A stretch of DNA of 10,400 nucleotides, from positions 1 to 10,400 of the forward strand of contig JADGIF010000348.1 in assembly GCA_018985225.1 (NCBI GenBank), read 5' to 3'. Source of the DNA: Amoeboradix gromovi X-113. Taxonomy: Eukaryota; Fungi; Sanchytriomycota. Both the position numbers and the translations under genes were made by a program. Each line of letters begins with the position of its first letter. Positions within the stretch are counted from its first letter, which is position 1. The notes beneath the pieces were generated by a model. The model saw nothing but the letters and a program-made list of their open reading frames with translations, did not search any database and was not told the origin of the DNA. Shown piece by piece: positions 1 to 6,491 of this stretch.

Positions 1-10
1 ACGAGTATAA

Positions 11-280
11 AAGGAAAATAAATATTCTGTACAGCTATTCTCTTACTCTTTCATCCAATCTTTATTTCAAATAAAATATCACTACTACTCTGTAAAAACT
101 AGAATAGACAAGAGTGATGATGTTAGCATAACATTACAAAATGACTCTAGAAAAGAGTACCGTCTAAGAAAATGCACCTTTTGCTTAGATGCTCAAAGAC
201 CTCATATTTCAACGAGATGTAGGGTCTTCTACTTTTATTTTGAAGAGGGGATTGAAAGTAATGAAAGAAAATTGGTATAA
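11..280 (+). other. Stop-to-stop open frame (89 codons, no ATG) with a CCHC zinc-knuckle-like motif; last exon of an upstream gene or a mobile-element remnant
   Basis: Hand translation of frame 2 between TAA 8-10 and TAA 278-280: KENKYSVQLFSYSFIQSLFQIKYHYYSVKTRIDKSDDVSITLQNDSRKEYRLRKCTFCLDAQRPHISTRCRVFYFYFEEGIESNERKLV*. C-x2-C-x6-H-x4-C lies at 173-220. No family can be assigned. Confidence 0.35.
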
Positions 281-367
281 TAGAAGATCTTTTATTAACG
301 ATAGCATTTCCTCCGTATGGTGCACCTTTAAAAACCAGTTAGTCTAGTTTTTATATTTGGTGTCCCA
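276..367 (+). repeat. Left copy of a long inverted repeat (partner at 10309-10400)
   Basis: tataatagaagatctttt...tttggtgtccca matches the reverse complement of 10309-10400 at 88 of 92 positions with no gaps. The outer limit is unknown because the partner is cut by the window end. Confidence 0.95.
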
Positions 368-399
368 TATCAGTCGATAGCTGTAAGACAAACTCCTTG

Positions 400-1344
400 A
401 TGGATCCACTTGACTTTGAAAATGATTTTATTGGGCAAAGTATAATTGATAACGATATGCAGCAGTACCAGAGGATGTTGCCGACAATAGTACCTCATGA
501 AATGTATTACTTTGTTTGTTGTGAACTTGGAAGACTTGAAATGTTGAAAATGCTCCCATTGAATTTTATTGTCTTGGACGAAAATAATAGAAACATGTTA
601 CACTACGCCTGCCAATTTGGGCATATACAAATTGTGCAATATTTGATGGAGAATGAACCAGATTTGGTACAGAGTAGTGACAATTATGGCGACTATCCAT
701 TTCACATAGCATGCGAATTTGGATCATTTGCTATTACTAAGTTTCTCCTGATGAAGTACCCTCAGTTGCTGTTTATTGATCACTCTGACGCCAATTCTGG
801 ATCGTGCTTGAATTCTATTTTACTGCATAGAATCAATGATGAATCATTTGAAATTATAACACATATGGTTACTAACAGACCTGACCTAATGCAAATACCT
901 AGATTTAAACAGTATCCAATATTTCAGCTATTCAGCATTGAGCAATCATTCCATTTCCTTAACAAGTGTTTAACTCTTTTTCTTAATTTTAATTGTGACT
1001 TGACTGTTAAAGATGCCAGTGGAAAGAATATTCTACACTACGCGCTAAAACTGAACAACGCGGAGCTAACTGGCGAGTTCCTAAAGCGTGATGTTAGTAT
1101 AAATGAACAAGACGCTGATGGAAATTCCCCATTACATGATTACTACTATGCTGCAGCTAACCAGTCTTTTGTCGAGCGCTATTTTAGCTACATACCATGC
1201 GCTATCAACTGGAGTCTAGTAAACAAGTCTGGTGATTCTGTCGAGAAACTTAAAAATAGGGCTGTTTCCATAAGTTTTGAACCTGGAAGAAAAAGAACAG
1301 TGTACGAAGAACAAGGAAGTCTGAATAAAAAAGTAACTAGATAA
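400..1344 (+). CDS. Ankyrin-repeat protein (314 aa from the ATG at 400)
   Basis: Repeated ANK consensus: NRNMLHYACQFGHIQIVQYLM, GDYPFHIACEFGSFAITKFLL, DASGKNILHYALKLNNAEL, QDADGNSPLH. The ORF track starts at TTG 397; the first ATG is at 400. Confidence 0.88.
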   Translation: MDPLDFENDFIGQSIIDNDMQQYQRMLPTIVPHEMYYFVCCELGRLEMLKMLPLNFIVLDENNRNMLHYACQFGHIQIVQYLMENEPDLVQSSDNYGDYPFHIACEFGSFAITKFLLMKYPQLLFIDHSDANSGSCLNSILLHRINDESFEIITHMVTNRPDLMQIPRFKQYPIFQLFSIEQSFHFLNKCLTLFLNFNCDLTVKDASGKNILHYALKLNNAELTGEFLKRDVSINEQDADGNSPLHDYYYAAANQSFVERYFSYIPCAINWSLVNKSGDSVEKLKNRAVSISFEPGRKRTVYEEQGSLNKKVTR

Positions 1345-1349
1345 CCTTT

Positions 1350-2412
1350 TTACTCTATTTTTATCTTTCTATCTTTCAATTGTACAATTATATCATAAAA
1401 TCCAATCCATTCACCATGAGGTATCCATGATTGCTCAACACGCTGCACGTTTTGCAAATCAAATTCAAGCTCCATTTCTTTCCATGTCTTGTACTTGTAT
1501 AACCTAAATTAGATAAAATTACTTCGTTACTTGGCCAAACACCAACAAATTATGCAATTTAGTAAATGCAAATGAAGAGTCCGGTTCAACATCAACACTA
1601 GCAACAAATCCCTTTGTGTCTTCACTTAGCTTGCGCAAGTCAAATATGTCTATCTGTGAATTATCGTTTGATATTGCAATGTAATAACCATTGGAACAGC
1701 ACTTCAAACTAGAAATGGAATGCTTTATATGCCATGTGTCTATGTAGCCACCATTGTTTATATGATAAATATCAATAAACGTAGAATAAACAACAAAGAA
1801 TATCTGTAAGTCACAATGCCAGACAACAAACGAAACCTGTTTTTTGGTATGAAGAATAAATTCATGTATAGGCGTATTATTGTGCATAAGAAGTACCTTG
1901 TTCTTGATGTTAAGCTCTACTTTGGACAAAGGATGCTTAGCCAAATTAGGAAAGTCACCATCAAATTCAACAACCACAGGAGTTTTAGCCTCCGCATTCT
2001 TTATCTGCTTATTTTTAGATTTACGGGATTGCTGTACATTGCAATTGTTAATTTCCTCATTAAAGTCATGAAAACTGTACTGATATTCAGTCTTTTTGCG
2101 TTTTAATGGCTTATGTTCCTCGTTATTGTAGTCTTGTAAAACTTTTGCGACCACTCTTAGTAGAGCGTCCCTTTCGTACAAAAGTCTGGACAACAGCTTC
2201 TCTTTATCATCTGTAAAATCATTGGCGTAGGTTTGAGTTAGATATGAAGAGTCTATTTTAGTTAAATCCCGCTCCTCAAGAGCTTGATTAGTTTGCGGAT
2301 CCTTTTTATGCTGATGAATGTAATTCATGATAGCATGATAGTCATAAATAGTGCCATATTTTGTACAGACTGGTACCAAAGTATTCTGTTTGGTCAATTG
2401 GCATAAAAACAT
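1350..2412 (-). CDS. PRP19: Pre-mRNA splicing factor Prp19 (U-box E3 ligase, coiled coil, WD40), reduced; join(complement 1523..2412, 1350..1503), 347 aa
   Basis: N-terminal U-box pattern (MFLCQLT...PV...GTIYD...IMNYI....KDPQTNQALEERDL). LSRLLYERDALLRVVAKV matches the Prp19 coiled-coil LSxALYxxDAAxRVIARL. WD40-like segments follow (SNGYYIAI...QIDIFDLRKL). Removing the 19-nt intron extends the protein with LYKYKTW...IKIE*, resembling the xYxxKxW motif of the late Prp19 blades. Confidence 0.85.
1504..1522 (-). other. 19-nt spliceosomal intron in PRP19 (phase 2)
   Basis: Minus strand reads AA|GTAATTTTATCTAATTTAG|G. It has GT-AG ends, a CTAAT branch-like motif and the in-frame TAA that ends the raw ORF. 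Excision opens 50 more sense codons to TAA at 1352-1350. Confidence 0.85.
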
Positions 2413-2442
2413 GATTAAAACAAGGGATCTGCAAAGGTATAA

Positions 2443-2448
2443 TTTATT
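2443..2448 (-). promoter_or_regulatory. Candidate poly(A) signal AATAAA directly after the WASP stop codon
   Basis: AATAAA on the minus strand 2 nt after the TAA. Similar hexamers overlap the ELP1 stop (6491-6496, minus) and lie just before the ankyrin stop (1324-1329, plus). The AT-rich background lowers certainty. Confidence 0.4.
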
Positions 2449-2450
2449 TA

Positions 2451-3695
2451 TTAATCACTCCATTCATCCTCATCGTCTTCTTCCTCATCGCTATCCAAAG
2501 TAGTTAGTACCTTGTTTCTATCAGCTAGTGCAGAAGCTAGTGCGCCAGCAAGATCATTACCACCTGCCATTGAAGAGGTAAATTTCTTTGGTTGTTCCTC
2601 GGCTTCAACCTTTTTTAAAGTCTTGACACCACCAGATCTAATCGCGGCTAATAAATCATCGTTTGGGGCAACAGCTGGGCCTAATTTAGGTTTCTGGACT
2701 TTAGGCGTATCATCCTTCGGAGGTGGAGTAAAAACTGGTGGGCTGAAGGGTGGGGGCGGTGGCGGAGCACCAGGTGCATTTTTGCTGGCTTCCGATGTGA
2801 GAAGATTTAATGCAGGAATATCTGGTGCAGGAGCAAGTGGTTCCTGGGGTTTAACTTTTTTAGGAGGAGGCAAATCGCTTTTCTTCTTTGGAGGATCTGG
2901 CTTCTTATTGACTGGCTCTGTGTTATTACTAATTCTTTGCGGCAAATTTGGAGGTGGAAGATCAGGTGCTGCAGGTCTAATGACATTTTTAGTTGATAGA
3001 GGTTCAGGCGACAGAGGTTCCGTAACCTTTTTTGGAGGCAGACTTTGCGGAATAGATGGATTAATTTTTTTAGGTGGCGGAAGTTCCGGAGGGCCTACTG
3101 CAATAGGCCTATTTGATGTTTCTGGAGGAGGAATCTCTGGTGGTCGGCGTCTAGAGGGTGGTGGCGGCGGCGCTCTCTTTTTATCTGTGGGCTGACCATC
3201 ACTGGAATGATTTTGCATAAAATTCATAACAAATTTTGCTGTTTTTGGATCCTGAAGCTGTTCTGAAGTCAAACCGGCTTTTTTAAACGTATCCAACCAT
3301 TCTGGTGGTACATTATTAACATCTAGTCCTTTACCTTTAGCATAGCCAACGTGGCTAACATGTTGAAATCCACTGGGTGCTGATATGGAGGCTTTGTCTA
3401 TCTTTTTTGTTTTTGGCTTCTTTTTGCCTTTTGTCAACTGACCAAGAGTGTCCTTAAACAGCTCGTCTGGAAACTCGTTAACTTCAAAGGAAAGACCCAT
3501 CAAAAAATCCATCGTTGCAAATGCGTAAAAAAGCTTCGACATCTGCGTCATTTTTACGTTTTGATGTTCAAATAGCAGCTCGCCGTCCATATCTTTAATC
3601 TGTATTGTTTCTGCGACTGAAATTCTACCATATAAACCAGTATACTTCCAAGTTGGTGAAGGTGTCAAAGGGCTGACATACAGTTTACAAATCAT
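2451..3695 (-). CDS. WASP: WASP/Las17-family actin nucleation-promoting factor (WH1-basic-CRIB-polyproline-WH2-C-acidic), 414 aa from the first ATG
   Basis: WH1 (KLYVSP....WKYTGLYG...FYAF...MGLSF), basic KGKKKPKTKK, CRIB ISAPSGFQHVSHVG, polyproline tract, WH2 DDLLAAIRSGGVKTLKKV, connector DLAGALASALADR and acidic end DEDEWSD. The ORF-track start is TTG 3713; the first in-frame ATG is at 3695. Confidence 0.95.
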   Translation of the reverse strand: MICKLYVSPLTPSPTWKYTGLYGRISVAETIQIKDMDGELLFEHQNVKMTQMSKLFYAFATMDFLMGLSFEVNEFPDELFKDTLGQLTKGKKKPKTKKIDKASISAPSGFQHVSHVGYAKGKGLDVNNVPPEWLDTFKKAGLTSEQLQDPKTAKFVMNFMQNHSSDGQPTDKKRAPPPPPSRRRPPEIPPPETSNRPIAVGPPELPPPKKINPSIPQSLPPKKVTEPLSPEPLSTKNVIRPAAPDLPPPNLPQRISNNTEPVNKKPDPPKKKSDLPPPKKVKPQEPLAPAPDIPALNLLTSEASKNAPGAPPPPPPFSPPVFTPPPKDDTPKVQKPKLGPAVAPNDDLLAAIRSGGVKTLKKVEAEEQPKKFTSSMAGGNDLAGALASALADRNKVLTTLDSDEEEDDEDEWSD

Positions 3696-3852
3696 GCGTA
3701 AAAATAATGCCAAAGTTTCAAAGGGACTCCATTAGATTATGCAAAAGTAGTTTCGGTAAGATAATGCTCACGCAAATTTGGTATCAAAGCCAAACCTCTT
3801 AACCACTGCGCACTTAAGCAAAAATTTGCTCTTTCCACATTGAAACGTCGGA
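3696..3852. promoter_or_regulatory. 157-bp divergent intergenic region, probable bidirectional promoter of WASP and GSH1
   Basis: Head-to-head ATGs at 3695 (-) and 3853 (+). Contains dyads CAAATTTG (3773-3780) and AGCAAA-aa-TTTGCT (3817-3830). Confidence 0.55.
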
Positions 3853-5884
3853 ATGGGTTTGCTTTCAACCGGTACACCATTAAAATGGGACGAGGCTGCT
3901 AAATATGCTGATTTTATTAGAAGAAATGGTATATTGCAGCTTATAAATAATTACCACACCCAATTGAACAAAAACAACGATTCTCTGAAATGGGGCGACG
4001 AGATAGAAAGCATCCTCGTTAAGTGGGTTAAGGAAGAGGGCAACGACAAAGTTTTATTGAGCATGAGAGGATACGAATGCTATGAAGCAATGTTGTCTAT
4101 AGAGGAAGAAGCAGTCAAAGAAGGTAAAGAAATTCCTGTTCTGTGGAGACCAGAATATGGGAAACATATGATGGAATCACTACCAGGCAAACCTTATGGC
4201 AGCACAATAAAAGATTTACTTGTTGTAGAGGAGAACATGTGCAAAAGAAGGGAAGTCTTACAAACCGTATTACAATCAGGCGAGCAGTTGTTGAATGTAA
4301 CGTGTTTTCCTCTCATGGGTTCACTGCTGTATAAATGGCTTGATTCGGATATAGATATGAGGGCTAACAATGAAGAGGGCTATGGTGGCTCACATGTACA
4401 ATTTAGTCGTAGTTTGCATATTCCAGATGAACTGATTAATCCCCATCCTAGATTCAGTACTTTAACTGCCAATATAAGGAATCGAAGAGGGCACAAGGTT
4501 GGTATAAACCTCCCCATTTTCAAAGATATAAACACACCTTCTCCTTTTGTTGAGGACTTACCGCGTCCACAAGGCTATCAGCATCCTTATGACACTAATG
4601 AAGCCTTGCCTGACCATATTTACTTAGATTGTATGTGCTTTGGTATGGGTTGCTGCTGTCTACAATTGACATTTCAGTGCTGCAATGTCAATGAGGCTAG
4701 GAGATTATATGATCAACTCGCACCGTTGACTCCATTGCTAATGGCTCTATCTGCCGCCACTCCAATTTTCAAAGGATATTTGACTGATAGAGATTGTAGA
4801 TGGGAGGTTATTAGTGCTTCAGTTGATGACAGAAATCCGTTTGAACGTGGTCATTTGAATTCAAAAGAGTCTATTCACATACCAAAATCTAGATATGGAG
4901 CAATTAGCACTTACTTATCTAATTATCAAGATTTTGACGACAGATACAACGATACAGAATTAGTGGTAGATATGGACGTGTTCAATAAACTAATGGAAAG
5001 CGGCCTTGATTATCGATTAAGCAGACACTTTGCCCATCTGTTCACCAGAGACCCTCTTGTAATTTACAAAGAACTCCTTCATCAGAATAATAATAAAGTT
5101 ACCGATCACTTCGAGAACATCAACAGCACTAATTGGCAATCAGTCCGATTTAAACCTCCTCCTGATTTTACCTCTGATATTGGTTGGAGAGTAGAGTTCC
5201 GATCGATGGAAGTGCAACCAAGTGATTTCGGTAACGCGGCATTTAGCATTTTCATAATTTTGCTAACTCGAGCTATTTTAACCTTTAACCTCAATTTTTA
5301 CATTCCAATCAGCAAGAATGATGAAAACTTGGAACGAGCGCATACTCGGGACGCCATAAATTCTGAACTATTTTGGTTTCGCAATAATGTATACAATTAC
5401 AACGATATGAACGGTGATGATAATCACTTGAATACACAGATGAATGACTGCTGCACCGTGCAATTTGAAAAAAAAGGATTTGGTAGATTCGGAAAATTAA
5501 AATGCACGCAGCAGTTTGAAAATGAACCATGGGAAGAAATGACTTTGAATGAGATATTTAATGGCAAGGTCGTTTTAATTTATGTAGGTTGGCGGGTTTA
5601 AAGGATTGATATCTATCGTAGAGTCTTACCTGAATTTTCAAAAGATTGGAATTAGTGAAAGGTGTCAACTGCAGAAGTATATCAAACACATAAGCAACAT
5701 AGCTAGTGGAGCAACTCCTACTGTAGCTACATCAATACGGGATTTTGTGAAGAATCATGATGATTATAAACATGATTCCAAAGTAACTGATGCTATAAGC
5801 AGCGATTTATTAAGGTTATATTCGAAGTCGCTGGAAGCCAATTCACCGTTCTTCGAATCTGTTTATAATTGCGGATGTGATTGA
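3853..5884 (+). CDS. GSH1: Glutamate-cysteine ligase catalytic subunit (eukaryotic type); join(3853..5568, 5588..5884), 670 aa
   Basis: Motifs MGLLSxGTPLxW, LKWGDEIE, WRPEYG, FGMGCCCLQLTFQ, DCRWxVISASVDDR, IPKSRY, HFAHLFxRDP, STNWQxxRFKPP and GWRVEFRSMEVQ. Splicing joins the two track ORFs into EIFNGK|VGGFKGLISIVESYL, matching the family's NGK..xFPGLIPxxxSYL. Confidence 0.96.
5569..5587 (+). other. 19-nt spliceosomal intron in GSH1 (phase 0)
   Basis: AAG|GTCGTTTTAATTTATGTAG|GTT. GT-AG ends, a TTAAT branch-like motif, and removal puts exon 1 exactly in frame with the 5606 ORF. Confidence 0.9.
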
Positions 5885-6417
5885 ACTAAGTAAATACTCT
5901 CGGCATAATTCTAACGACTATTCGTAGTTTTGCTGCGCTCAAAGTATGCATAGATCTATGGTGGGACTGAGTCAACTCCAAATGACCACTGACAACGTCT
6001 ATAATAAGCCTGGACCTTTAGGAGGTCTTTAACATAGCACTGAGCTGTAGTTCAATAGCTTTTTTGTATACTAGATATCTCTCTTGCATAAAATAAGATC
6101 TTTTTTGAGGAAGATGTCAAAGTAAAATTATCAAGTGTTTTCAATGTCGTGTAAATGGCACATGTATTTATTTCCTGACACGAAAAGATATCAGATAATT
6201 CTTCTTAAAGCGTATTTTTTATCTTCCAATAATTTCTTAGGTATGAGATACTCTGGCCGCGGCAATTTTGACCTATTTGCAGCTGATTCAAAGAGAGGTT
6301 ATCAATTTCTATGTAGTGAGAAAGGTTAAGAAACAGAGCATGTTGGAGCGAGATAGCCCATACAATCATGCTAAGTAGTTCATCGAATCAAACCTGCCAG
6401 CTTCTTCAGATATCTAT

Positions 6418-6443
6418 TTTAGAAAACTAGTCTAGTTTTTATA
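6418..6443 (+). repeat. Short internal copy of the core of the flanking repeat
   Basis: TAGTCTAGTTTTTATA (6428-6443) is identical to 340-355 and to the reverse complement of 10321-10336. The preceding tttagaaaac resembles tttaaaaac in the repeat. It forms the dyad AAAACTAG-t-CTAGTTTT (6423-6439). Confidence 0.7.
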
Positions 6444-6491
6444 CTAAGGCGCAGATATTAAACGTAAAAATTTAACTGAGACTTAAGAGAT

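Noticed and set aside
1816-2106. Short ORFs 1816-2106 and 1880-2071 (likewise 4143-4334, 5106-5294 and 5309-5530)
   Set aside because: They lie wholly within well-supported genes on the other strand or frame and show no motifs.
2512-3195. 227-aa Gly-rich ORF on the plus strand
   Set aside because: Antisense shadow of the WASP polyproline codons; no ATG start and no independent features.
3769-3778. CACGCAAATT resembling part of U6 snRNA
   Set aside because: No ACAGAGA box or AGC triad context upstream; chance match.
5606-5884. Separate 92-aa gene, GSH1 pseudogene or programmed frameshift
   Set aside because: Explained exactly as exon 2 of GSH1 by the 19-nt GT-AG intron.
6135-6329. 64-aa ORF in the GSH1-ELP1 gap
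   Set aside because: Short, with no recognisable motif; cannot be supported as a gene from sequence alone.
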